A model generated the notes under the pieces. That model did no database searches and was not told the origin of the DNA. It saw nothing but the letters and a program-made list of their open reading frames with translations. The position numbers and the translations under genes were made by a program. Source: Octopus bimaculoides (Eukaryota). Taken from it: a stretch of DNA of 64,000 nt. The stretch's first letter is position 1. Every line of letters begins with the position of its first letter. The stretch is from the NCBI RefSeq assembly GCF_001194135.2, contig NC_068992.1:6309308-6373307 (forward strand). Reading direction: 5' to 3'. Shown piece after piece: positions 26,526-38,880 of this stretch.

Positions 26526-28463
26526 GTGTGCAGCGTGTGTTTGTATTTTCGTGTGTTCATGCGTGTATGGTTTCTATTTATATGATAAATTCGAATTTCC
26601 TCGAAAAATAAGAATGAATAGCAGTTCATTGTAAGAAAGAGAGTCCGCTTACTTATGCATTGCCAAGACCAAGTGTTATGAATGAATGAATTGCTAATCA
26701 TTAGAGCACAGGTCAAGATACTTTGTGGTAATTATTTTCGCTACCTTCTGTTCTGAGCTCTAATTGTGCCGAGCTTGAATTTTTTCGTTTACTATTTAAG
26801 TGCTGATTTTGTGTCGCTTCTCAGATTTGCACCTCCGTAAGATCATCCGGACCAATTCCTCTTCGTGCTATACACCGTTTTACGGCGGTTGTCTTAACCT
26901 TAGCAGTTATATTATTTCTCTGAAGTGTAGTGTTATTATCAGATTTGAATCATTTAAGAATACCTCATAAAATCTTATAATCACCAAGAGATATGGCTCT
27001 TCCGTTATCGTGCCCGATAGAAGAAAAACAAAATTATTAAAAAATTCAAGCATAGACGAAAGTATTTTACTGTCTCCATTTCAAGTATTAACTCAGGTTA
27101 AGTTGCTGCGAACTGAATTATAAATCTGTAAATGTAGAGACATGTCGAAGTTTAGGAGCGGAATAATTCAAAGTATCGATTACTCGGATTCACAGGGGTC
27201 AATGGAATAAACCCCTGCTACAAGCAGCAAATAAATCTGTCTCAAATCAAAACCTGATTGCTTGTTGAAAGAAAGTTAAGGGATTAACTTTGTAGGCTTT
27301 TGAGTTGCTAAAAATAACTGTCAAAACTTCTTCAAATCAAATATCTTTTAATTAATGGATGAAGCAAAAAAGTACGTGGAAAATAGCAGCTGAATTTCCT
27401 ACATCTCAACTAGCCTTCCTACCAGCCAATTAGAAATAGCAGACAGATCTATTTCAATGCACATCATTCAATCGCTTTGGATTATATATGTGAGAAAAGA
27501 ACTTTAAATATTCTCTGCCTGGGCGTAAATGCAGATCAGCTTCAGCGAAAATCACATGGAATAAACTAAGAAGAACAAAAATGTCAGATTAACAAAATTA
27601 AACTTCGAGACGCATGACTGTCATTTCTTTTCTTGAGAGCTTGACTTCATATATTGGTAGATCATCCAGCTTTACACAACCATCTGGATCTTGGAAGATT
27701 TTAACAAAGGGCATTCTCTTGCTAGCATTTGGGTCACTGAACTGGGTCTTATCCCCCCCCCCCATCTTTCTAGAGGCGAATGGCTGCCATCCATCCTCTG
27801 TTTAAAATTTTATAAAGGAAGCAAAAATAAAGGCGAGTAAATGTTTCTTTCGAAATACAAATCTTTAATCGGTTCATTACTGCTTGCATCACAATATTAT
27901 TGGACGTAAAGAGACTTCGACTTCCATGAATTAGTAGCCAGATAACATTCAAATCTTAAATATATAAGGATATACTGATTAATGGACTTAAATTCAGATC
28001 TGTCAGGAAGCCTAGGATTCTTAAAAGAGAAGCTCAACCTTGTGTCCATGAGATTACAACATTCGCCTCTCGACGGGATACCGATCGGTTGTAGTGTTAA
28101 AATTTTAGCCATTGTTGAAACTCATTTCCAGATGATTGAACTGCAGCAATGAGAATTTAAGTGCTTCCTTTAAGAACACAACAAATCGCAATTGAGAATC
28201 GAAACTTACAACAGCCTTGGCAATAGGGCATCACTTGGCGTCACTTGGTTGATGTCATCCGAGATATACTGGATCTATTTTTCTTTTTGTTTTTGGTCAT
28301 TGTAGTCATGTGTGTTCGTGACTCATCTGGAACTAATATAAAAATTATATTCGAGACCTTTGGCAGTGTAAAATTATTTTAAGATTTATATATTACTATA
28401 AGTGTGTATGTGTTGACGTGTTTGTGTAGATGTAATTGAATATAAATATAGATAGATAGATAT

Positions 28464-28542
<79 letters not shown>

Positions 28543-29135
28543 CGTTTATATGTACAAATGAAATCAGTGAATGCACAGTATATGCTTTATATAAAAACAG
28601 TCAATGAACTCATACACCAGTCGTATATATAGTTGAATGAGTCGGCTGTGGTACTGTTACTGCTGGAAATTTATTCAAATAATGTGCGGAATACTCAGCC
28701 ATATCATGAATGGATTGTTTCGTCGATCGAACATCGTCAAAAGCATTTCGGCCGCCATCATACACATCTACGCATTAAGAAAGAGAGTGAATGTAAGAGA
28801 AAGATAGAAAGGCGTTACATGCGTGGATAAATCGTCTGATAGATAATGATTGTCAGGTAAGAAGTAATCGATGCAATGATACACAAAGTCAAGAAACTTG
28901 AGGAGGAGCGAAATTGATAAAGTGGGTCAAAGAGAGAGAAATATAGGGGGGAAATGAGAGAGGAATGGAGCAGGGAGAGTGCCTTACAAGAAACAAAGAT
29001 AGAAACAAACAACACAAATAAGGGAAAACAGAAAGAATGAATTAATGAGGAAAGACGGCAATGGCGGGGACGGGCAGAACGAGAAAAGCATAAAAGAAAC
29101 GGTGAAACTAGTAAGACAGCCAAAGAAAGGATGAC

Positions 29136-29206
<71 letters not shown>

Positions 29207-29571
29207 CTGTCAGATTGAAGAGAGCGATATTAAACCCATTAAAGACTAAAGGGAATGAAAAGAAAGAATAGAGATAAAAAGAAAGAATTCCGACGAAGCA
29301 GGCATGAATGAATTTGAGACGTCGAAGAGTTTGAGAACAATAAAAGATTTCGAAGCAGGAAAATAGAGACCGGAAGTGATGGAGCAACACGAGAGATGGA
29401 TTAATGCTACTTAATGGAGATTGATTTACATGTTCAAGTAATGGCTACAATATCTGAAATACCACTAGGATTAAATTTGGATCGATACCATTCATTGGTA
29501 AATGTAACATTCTGATGTTATGACATTTCTCTCCCACCCTCTTCTCATTCTTCTTTCTCTCTCTCTCTCCA

Positions 29572-29609
<38 letters not shown>

Positions 29610-30029
29610 GCTTTCACACGCACAATACTCACCCACTGTTTAGTTTTCTCTCTCACTCACTTTCTTTCCCTCTCCCTCCACCCCCTTCTGTGTTTGCTTC
29701 TCTTACTACCTCTCCTTCACTCAACGTTTAATCAAACGTTTTGTCGTTTGAAGTCATGGATATGGGCACACACACATATGTATATATATTATTAAACATG
29801 CATATATATATATATTTACATTGTGTTTACGCGTGTCTGTGTACATGTCGGTGTATGAGCGTGCGTGCTGTGCATGTATATGTGTGGGGTGGACATGTGT
29901 GCGTAAAGTCTTGTCTGTATTTGTGTTCATCGAAGTCTGTGTGCTTCTGATATGCCTGGGTTTGCGCACACAACACACAAACTCGCACACTCATACGTAT
30001 AGACATGCATATATATATACACATGCACG

Positions 30030-30064
<35 letters not shown>

Positions 30065-30093
30065 AAATGCATATATGTATATATTTCTGTATG

Positions 30094-30127
<34 letters not shown>

Positions 30128-30860
30128 CGTGGGTACTGACAGGGTAGAGAATCGGTGCAACTTCCCTCGATACACGCTCATACTATGGATTTGACAGTGT
30201 TCCAAGTCCGCTTAAGCAAGTCACTTGAGAAACCAATGTGTAAATATATCAAAGAGTAACACATAAGGAAGCAAACGAAGAATAAATAGACCACAAATTC
30301 ATCATCTGTTACGCTTTTTTTAATTTTCTGTACGACTTTCTAACAATATTGTTTGATTTCATTTCTAACAATATTGTATGTAAATATTTGCCTGAAAAGT
30401 TGCGCAATATTTGTCGTTGAATACAACGGAGTGGTACTAAATCAGACTAAGATGTTGTCTTGCCTCTAACTATGTAAAGAATATGTATTTAGCGTTGTTC
30501 TTGCTAGCAAAGAACGGATTAATGTGTGCAAAAATAATAATAATGAGCTTTTGAGAATCTTTAGACAACCTTCAGGGCGAAAACAAACAAGAAAACAACG
30601 TTGTAATTAACGTTATTAAATTACTTAAATTGCAAGGTAAAGCAATATTTCCTTCAAATTCCAGCCTATTACCTTAAATCATTAGAGGAACATTTGATAA
30701 TCTAATCCCTAAGCACTCTATATATGATGAAAGGTGGGATGGTCACGGCTAATAGGTATAGGTGTGAGCATAGATTTGATCATCTGTTACACAACAACAC
30801 TCTCGAACAATACGAGGAATAATGAAAGAAAGGAATTAACGGCTTGTGACGTGAGCGAAT

Positions 30861-30899
<39 letters not shown>

Positions 30900-33212
30900 T
30901 CCTTCAGGAAAGTGACAACGTTACGAAATATATTGAAACTATTAGCGTAATGGAACTGTTGTCCATGATCTTGCTGTTTAAACTATGGATCACATCTACG
31001 ATTTAGCAAGCCTATAATCAATATTATTACAAAGATGGGTATCCCACCTTTGGCTTGAATATTGAAAAAGGAGGGAGAGAGAGAGAGAGAGAGAGCGAGA
31101 TTGAATATGGTAACCAGGAGTTACCGTAACCTATACCACTCTCTCCTGCTCTCACTCCCTCTCGCTCTCGCTCTCTCGTCAAAAAATGTAGGATTTAAGC
31201 AGAAGGAGATCTGGGTACTATTTCTACTATAACATTTTATCATGTATACGTTCGACTATTGTTTCTTTGGTCACCACAAAATAGTTGTCTGGCTGGCAAT
31301 ATATTATAACATCAAAGATGGAAGCTTTAAAGATATGTTTTAAAGTTAAACCAGAGAAAGGAGGGTGGCCTCCCCACCATGATAATTTTAAATGACTCTG
31401 GCAATGATTGTAGAAGTAAAAAAACTTTTCCTACAGAGATAAGTAACAAAACGTGAATCAAAAATTTCCCACATCATAAGCTTCGCTAAATCTATAGAGA
31501 TCCAACTGATGTTATTAAATAGAGCGATGGCTTAATGTCAGAACATGAGCGATTAATCTGTTGGGCATAAATACACTTACTATTTACCAAATTTCCAAAC
31601 AAGTGTCTGGTTTAAACCAGTAGAAACATTTGTGCAAGGTGAGTTCGGTTGGTATCAAACCCGAGAGAAAAAATAAATTTTGTAATAAATTTTTGAAACT
31701 TATAGCCATGTGTGTCTGTCCGTAACTGAAACAGTATTTAAGCGTCATATTAATTGTAATATTTAAAAGAATTGTACAATAAGTTACTTCATGAACTCAA
31801 TCATTAGAAGGTCTCTATTGATAGGATAAAATTCGACTAATTTCCATGACAAATTACCGTGATGCGCCAAGACAGAAAAATTTTCCCTGTTTTCTCAGTC
31901 TGCCAAGAATACCGTCCGAGTTTCCAAATTATTCTTTTAAACTAATTAGCAAATATGAATCATTGTTTGTGTAAAGAATCCTACATAATGATTTCTATTC
32001 GTAACAGTCAAAATGGTTAAAGACCGGGAAATTTTCAGGTAGCTTTGCAGGTGGCATTGCTGAAGGTGCGATACTCATCGAAGGTGGCAGCATCTCCAGT
32101 GAAGAGTAAATAATATGGACATTCTCTATATATGCTGTATATTTCTATATTTCTATTTGGAGTATGTCTGTGAACAGTAATTTGAAAAAAAGGGAAATAG
32201 AAAATTTAATGCAAAATAACGATGAAATAAAATATTGCTTAGGTATTCTTGTAATTTTATTGGTGTAAGTGTGATTGCAGTTTGCCCCCAGCTAAAACGT
32301 GACCGAATATATCTCTGTTCAAAGAGATTAGAGCAGTGTCAATCAAGCAATTCTAGGATATCTAAATGTAAATGTGCCAGTTTAACTAGGACAGAATAGT
32401 GTGATATGAGATGATTTAGCTGCAATTGCTAGCATTTCTAAGAGGTTCTCTACGCAGAGATTCTCTCATTACACCTGATTCTTTTGAACATTCTCCACAT
32501 GACCATATTAGCCAATGTTCAATAATGTCCTGGTGTATCACAGGCAACATGGTGTGAATATAATAAGATAACAGAGAGTAACACATTGTAAAGCGAAATG
32601 AAATTAATATAAAATAAAATATCTTTCTATCTATCGACCTTCTGCCCTTCTGTCTGTCTACTTATTTATCTATTTTTATATCCACTTCCATATCCATAAA
32701 CCTTTTATAAATCACTTAATCTGTTATATCCATGAACCTTGAAAACTTTTATATCCCTAAATCTATCATTAAAATTAAACCCCCTCATACTTCATTGTAT
32801 CTGCTTTTATCTTATTTTAACTTATTTTATTTCACCCGCCTCAAACTCACTAAACGCTATTTACTAACGGCTTTTCCCTGTTATTTTCCGGTCCTCAATA
32901 TCAGTGTTCCCTTGATCAAAGACTTCACATCTTGTAATGAGACCTTCAATTGAAGACACACGTTTATAACAAAAATTGTTGCTATGTAGCAACTAAACGT
33001 CCCTCGAGGTATTCCTTACTGTCATAAAAATGTATACTCCACGTGGAAAACCTTTGCTACAAGAAAAAAAAAAAGATCGGTGCAATGGTTATAACTGGAA
33101 TGGGTTTTATCGCAGTTCTACTCCATGAAAGTAAATCCAATGCTAAGCAAGAGTATTTTTTTAAATTGTTGTTGTTTTTTTCTGTTTCGATTTTTGTACC
33201 AGACTTTAAAAC

Positions 33213-33304
33213 TGTGTGTGTGTGCACGTGTGGACATGTGTATACTGAGAGAGTGAAAGACAGCAGTAAGAGAGAGAGAGAGAAAGGGACAGAAAAGGGA
33301 GATA
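33213..33304 (+). repeat. Left arm of ~90-bp inverted repeat
   Basis: GCACGTGTGGACATGTGTATACTGAGA...GGGACAGAAAAGGGAGATA is the reverse complement of 34147-34240. Confidence 0.85.
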
Positions 33305-33497
33305 TATTGTAGTAGAAGAATAAGTATTTTAACTGCTATTTCTAAATTTCGGTATGTGGTGAAGCAAATTTTGCTGATCCCTTAATTATGTTTATAATTA
33401 TAAAAAGCTTTTTGTATAAGTTTTTACCGATAATGGCTTTTTTTTCCATACCGAACTACTTGGTAAAATTATTATTAAATTAATAATTCTTTACCCT

Positions 33498-33567
<70 letters not shown>

Positions 33568-33608
33568 NNNNNNNNNNAGTACTGTCTCTTCCCTCTTCTC
33601 TCTCTCTG

Positions 33609-33648
<40 letters not shown>

Positions 33649-34053
33649 ACAATCATAGATATATTCAAATGTTCCGCAAAGGGTCTTCAGTCAATAAGCT
33701 AGGTAAAAGATTTAGGGATTAAATATTGTCAGAATGCGACTTGAACACATGCCAAATGACAAGAAGTGAAATATGCGATTGTTTTAGTATTGTAAGACAG
33801 CGATCAATACGAAAGCCAAATGTCAGTTGTACACTTGACTGATTCGAGAAATTTCGGGGTTTTTTTGCCTTCTGAACGTCAGCGGACGGACATGTCATAT
33901 TCCCCACGCCAATTATATACAAAAAAATGTCCATCTAGACTCACATTTTCTCTCTCTCTCTCTCTCTCTATCTATCTCTCTGTCTCTCTCTCTGTCTTTC
34001 TCTCTGTCTCTCTCTCTCTTTCCCTCTGTNNNNNNNNNNTCTCTTTCCCTCTG

Positions 34054-34122
<69 letters not shown>

Positions 34123-34146
34123 TTCCTTCTCTCTCTTTCGTTCTCT

Positions 34147-34240
34147 ATCTCCTTTTCCTGTCCCCTTCTCTCTCTCGCTCTTACTGCTCTCTTTCACTTT
34201 CTCAGTATACACATGTCCACACGTGCACACACACACACAC
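34147..34240 (-). repeat. Right arm of ~90-bp inverted repeat
   Basis: Its reverse complement matches 33213-33304, with an identical 27-nt unique core and about 6 substitutions. Confidence 0.85.
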
Positions 34241-34447
34241 ACATATATACGTATATATTCATCCATAAACATATATACACGCGCACACACCACATGCACA
34301 TGCACACACACATATACACACAGGAATACCTTTCTTTTGTACGTGCGATTTGCGATGTGTGCGTATATTCGTGCGTGTATATATCAATTGACGCACCTAT
34401 ACTCATACAAACGCACACACACCGACAGAAACAAACAAACACACGCT

Positions 34448-34490
<43 letters not shown>

Positions 34491-35807
34491 ATATACATGT
34501 ACACATATACACATCTATATATACATATGTAACATACATACATGCATATCTAAACATATGTGAAGAAAGTTAACACTCTTATACTGTTGATTTTCCCTTA
34601 GTATTTTACGTTAACAGTCAATAAAGGATTTTATAAATAAATAATAACAATACCAAAATGTAGATTTTTTCATGTGTACTGAACACAAGGGTGTATTTAC
34701 TAGCGTATCCTTTTTATAAACCTCGAGTAATTTGAAAAAGATTTAACCGCTATTGATAGCAGACCACGGGATCACGTAGAGATTTCCAAGTTGATGATCC
34801 GTATTGGCATAAATTGCTTTAAAAGGTTTCTCGATAATGATATCTGAACTGTTGTATCCGAAGTTGGTGGTGTTGTTTAGCTGCTTGTAAGCTCTGAATG
34901 AGAAGACTGTGACTAAAAGGGTTTGCAGTACCGATAATCCCGTTTTTATCTTAAATTTGAGGGTTGTTTGTAGCTACGTCTAGTACATCTGGTGACTATC
35001 GTCGAGGCTCTCTCATCAGGTCAGTACAGGATACTTCATTAGCTTCGTAGCGGCTCATTCGCTAAATCATCACGTATCAGGCAGTTTTTGCCACTGCTAA
35101 TGTTGCGGCTGCCGTTGTTGTTTTTATTGCTTAACCCTGTAGAGATTCTAATCGAGCAGACCAGTGATGAAAGACATTCTAATTGTTTTCATCCCGACAG
35201 CTAAGAAATTACGTTTTTTTCTTAAAGAAATTTGGTTGCTATTTCAAGCGACTCTGTTGAGATTTCCGGCGCCTGTAAGGCTCCTGTTGACGACGTAGGC
35301 AACATTTAAACAGTTATTCTCTACATATTTATATATACTCAGCGTTTTCTCTTTTTGATGTTGGCAAAGCGAATGATTCCTTTCAAAAGCTTCTTCATAT
35401 CATAGCATCTTACAATATCTCTCGGTTGTTATTCTTCAAAGCCTAGAATTTTGTTGTACTTTGCGTCTAATATTTCTGCACTGCGGCCATATAGCCGTTG
35501 TTATTTAGTTGTATCACAGATTTAGCAGATCCTTGATCAAAAGACGTTGCAACAGTCAGCTTGCAGTCTTGTTTTTATTTGATTTTGTATGCCTCGTACT
35601 TTATTGTGAAGAAGAGCTGAATATCTAACAATACTATGCCATTACTGTTTCTATTAAACTTTCTATTGTACATACACACACAAACATACACGCACGTATA
35701 TATGCACATAAAAAACATATACATACACAGACACACAAAACCACACACACAAAACCACAAACACACAATCACATATATTTAAGTACACTTATATGCATAC
35801 ATACATG

Positions 35808-35841
<34 letters not shown>

Positions 35842-36185
35842 TGCATGCACGTATACGTACACGTCTGTGCATACTTACACGCATAAAAACGTTAGCCGTT
35901 AGCGACAGACGTAGAGGCGCAGAAGATCGTCTAAATTGTGATCTTTAACGTTTTTCCCTGCAACTATGCAGGATTTTTAACCCATAGGATTTTCCTTAAA
36001 CGAGTGTTCGTGACTTCGAAGGCAGCATCCCCACAATTACTTAACAGTTATAGCTGATGTTACCCAAATTCCAATTAATTTAAATTTCGTCTTCCCAGTT
36101 AGAAAGCAGCTCCATCCTTCTGGGAAGGATACTAATAGATATTTTTTTTAAAAAGGGCAGACATATATACATATATTTATATATG

Positions 36186-36238
<53 letters not shown>

Positions 36239-37027
36239 NNNNNNNNNNNNNNNNNNNNNNNNNNNNNNNNNNNNNNNNNNNNNNNNNNNNNNNNNNNNNN
36301 NNNNNNNNNNNNNNNNNNNNNNNNNNNNNNNNNNNNNNNNNNNNNNNNNNNNNNNNNNNNNNNNNNNNNNNNNNNNNNNNNNNNNNNNNNNNNNNNNNNN
36401 NNNNNNNNNNNNNNNNNNNNNNNNNNNNNNNNNNNNNNNNNNNNNNNNNNNNNNNNNNNNNNNNNNNNNNNNNNNNNNNNNNNNNNNNNNNNNNNNNNNN
36501 NNNNNNNNNNNNNNNNNNNNNNNNNNNNNNNNNNNNNNNNNNNNNNNNNNNNNNNNNNNNNNNNNNNNNNNNNNNNNNNNNNNNNNNNNNNNNNNNNNNN
36601 NNNNNNNNNNNNNNNNNNNNNNNNNNNNNNNNNNNNNNNNNNNNNNNNNNNNNNNNNNNNNNNNNNNNNNNNNNNNNNNNNNNNNNNNNNNNNNNNNNNN
36701 NNNNNNNNNNNNNNNNNNNNNNNNNNNNNNNNNNNNNNNNNNNNNNNNNNNNNNNNNNNNNNNNNNNNNNNNNNNNNNNNNNNNNNNNNNNNNNNNNNNN
36801 NNNNNNNNNNNNNNNNNNNNNNNNNNNNNNNNNNNNNNNNNNNNNNNNNNNNNNNNNNNNNNNNNNNNNNNNNNNNNNNNNNNNNNNNNNNNNNNNNNNN
36901 NNNNNNNNNNNNNNNNNNNNNNNNNNNNNNNNNNNNNNNNNNNNNNNNNNNNNNNNNNNNNNNNNNNNNNNNNNNNNNNNNNNNNNNNNNNNNNNNNNNN
37001 NNNNNNNNNNNNNNNNNNNNNNNNNNN
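36239..37027. other. Assembly gap (N-run)
   Basis: N-run after (GT)n. Other large gaps are 41713-42569, 43427-43956, 44605-45220, 50629-50950 and 55048-55702. Confidence 1.
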
Positions 37028-37086
37028 GGGAAGGATAGAAAAATAATAGATTTATAAGCCTTAAAATTCACCCCATAATTGCCTAC

Positions 37087-37330
37087 GGGCATATGGCGTA
37101 GTGGTTAAGAGCGCGGGCTACTAACCCCAAGGTTCCGAGTTCGATTCACGCCAGCGACCTGATTAATAATAGTAATAATAATAATAATAATATAATAATA
37201 ATAATAGTAACATCGTTAGGAATGAGAACCCAGGTTCGAAATTTCCCCAAGACACCTGACGAAGGCTGGAGGGTATATCAGCCGAAACGTTGTTAACAAC
37301 AAACAAGATGAGGATAAATATCCATCAAAT
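37087..37330 (+). mobile_element. tRNA-derived SINE, family D, with internal (AAT)n and hammerhead-like tail
   Basis: A-box TGGCGTAGTGG at 37094-37104, B-box AGTTCGATTCA at 37138-37148, anticodon-arm-like GCGGGCTACTAACCCC, (AAT)n at 37165-37210, and tail ending AATGTAAATAATGT. Confidence 0.85.
37251..37293 (+). ncRNA. Minimal type I hammerhead ribozyme motif (helix I damaged)
   Basis: CTGACGA at 37256-62, helix II GGCTG/CAGCC (37264-68/37279-83), GAAA at 37284-87, palindromic AACGTT helix III and a GUU triplet. Helix I has only 2 bp (AC/GT). Confidence 0.65.
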
Positions 37331-38652
37331 GTAAATAATGTAAATAATGTTATATATATATATATATATATATATTCCCTAGAATTATAAATAACATCTT
37401 TTAACATGTACATGTTATAATCCTGTTTATTTACCATCAAAATGTCATTTAAGAAAAGAATCTCTATGCTGTATCACGAGTTAACTGGAAATCTCGGCCA
37501 TTGCTCGTATCACAAGCTAGCACTATAATATAAAGGAAAAGACATATCATAAGATAATCGTCAATATCTTTACAGATGTGGTAAGGGGTCACGTGGCCTT
37601 TCATCATAGATATGTTTGACCAGGTTTGAACGAAGACTAAACAAGAACAGAAAACAGAAACAAAAACAGAACAGCAGCTGCGTCAGTGACAAAACAATAT
37701 GGCATCTGAAACAAGGAGTTCATGTTGAATTTATGACAGCCATTTTATGCAGATTTTGTTACTGGTTTTTCAAAATGGTTACGCACATCGTCTGCGTATG
37801 ACAGTTTCTTTCTTTGCACTTTTCTTTGACATTTTATGCAGACGACCGAGTGATAAATCTTTCCGACAGCACAAACTAAGCATTAATTATAGGGGACTTT
37901 TGAAATTTACAGTTAATATATCACGTTGTGGATAATATATTTTCTCTTGAACATATATTCATGATTCTAGGCATTATTACAATTTATTTGCTGTATTTGT
38001 CTATAATTTTTGTTAGGTAGAATATTGCTTTACTTCTCATTATGCAAGAAATTTGTGAGTTTTATAGCTCTAAAATCACATTCAAATTTCCATGATAGAA
38101 AGATGAAGATAAGAGTTTTATATTACTTGAGAAATTAGTATCTAAAAAATAGATTCTGTGTTCGTTATTGTTAATCAAAACAGAATTGGAATTAAGAAAC
38201 TCTTTAACAATGGGTGTAAAATAAAGAATATGGAAATAGAAAGTTCCAATGTATTAATATAACGCCATTAACTAATATCGCCATTAGCCAAGAACGTAAC
38301 GATCTGTGTTTCTTACAAATACGAGTATCCGTTAGACGAGATCGCTACTTGAAACTAGAGATAAATGATAGTAAACAATAGCTTAGAATTATTGCACGCA
38401 TTCCTGTGTATGTATATGCTTTTAAATACTTACAAACATACATATGCTTATAGGAAAACATACAGATATACAGTTCATACTTACAGATATAGAAATGAAG
38501 CTTCGCTAACACATGCATAGCACATACATATATACGTGAACAAACACAGATACACATCCAAATGTATACAGACTGGTATGAACGACTATCTCGCGCACAT
38601 ACATATGAGCCGGTCATGTGTACACTTATGAACACAAAGACATACATATATG

Positions 38653-38692
<40 letters not shown>

Positions 38693-38699
38693 CACTATT

Positions 38700-38880
38700 C
38701 AATTATTTTTCCTCCGTGTTTTTCTCCTTGTCTCCGTATTCTTTCTGTTGAAGAGCGTAGCTCGAAACGTCAAAGACTTTCCGTATTCCCGAGCGTCATA
38801 CTAATATATACTTTTGTTATTTACACCACCTGTCCTCGTCTGTTGTTATTATTTGTATATTCTCCCATATATATATATAT
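38700..38880 (+). mobile_element. Short hammerhead-bearing repeat with pyrimidine-rich tail and (TA)n end
   Basis: Hammerhead fold at 38740-38776, flanked by a TCCGTATTC direct repeat (38733, 38780), with tail CACCTGTCCTCGTCTGTTG...CCC(ATAT)n. Confidence 0.6.
38740..38776 (+). ncRNA. Minimal type I hammerhead ribozyme with variant core (CUGUUGA)
   Basis: Helix I TCTTT/AAAGA (38740-44/38772-76), core CTGTTGA-A, helix II GAGC-GTA-GCTC, GAAA, palindromic ACGT helix III, and a GUC cleavage triplet at 38769-71. Confidence 0.7.

Noticed and set aside
32010-32110. Short protein-like frame GSFAGGIAEGAILIEGGSISSEE
   Set aside because: It is explained by a decayed ~15-18-bp internal repeat (AGGTGGCA-like units) and ends in a stop.
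37087-37160. Functional tRNA gene (also the heads at 22310-22382 and 11230-11298)
   Set aside because: A/B boxes are present, but the acceptor stem is not formed and the sequence continues into SINE bodies with no oligo-T terminator.
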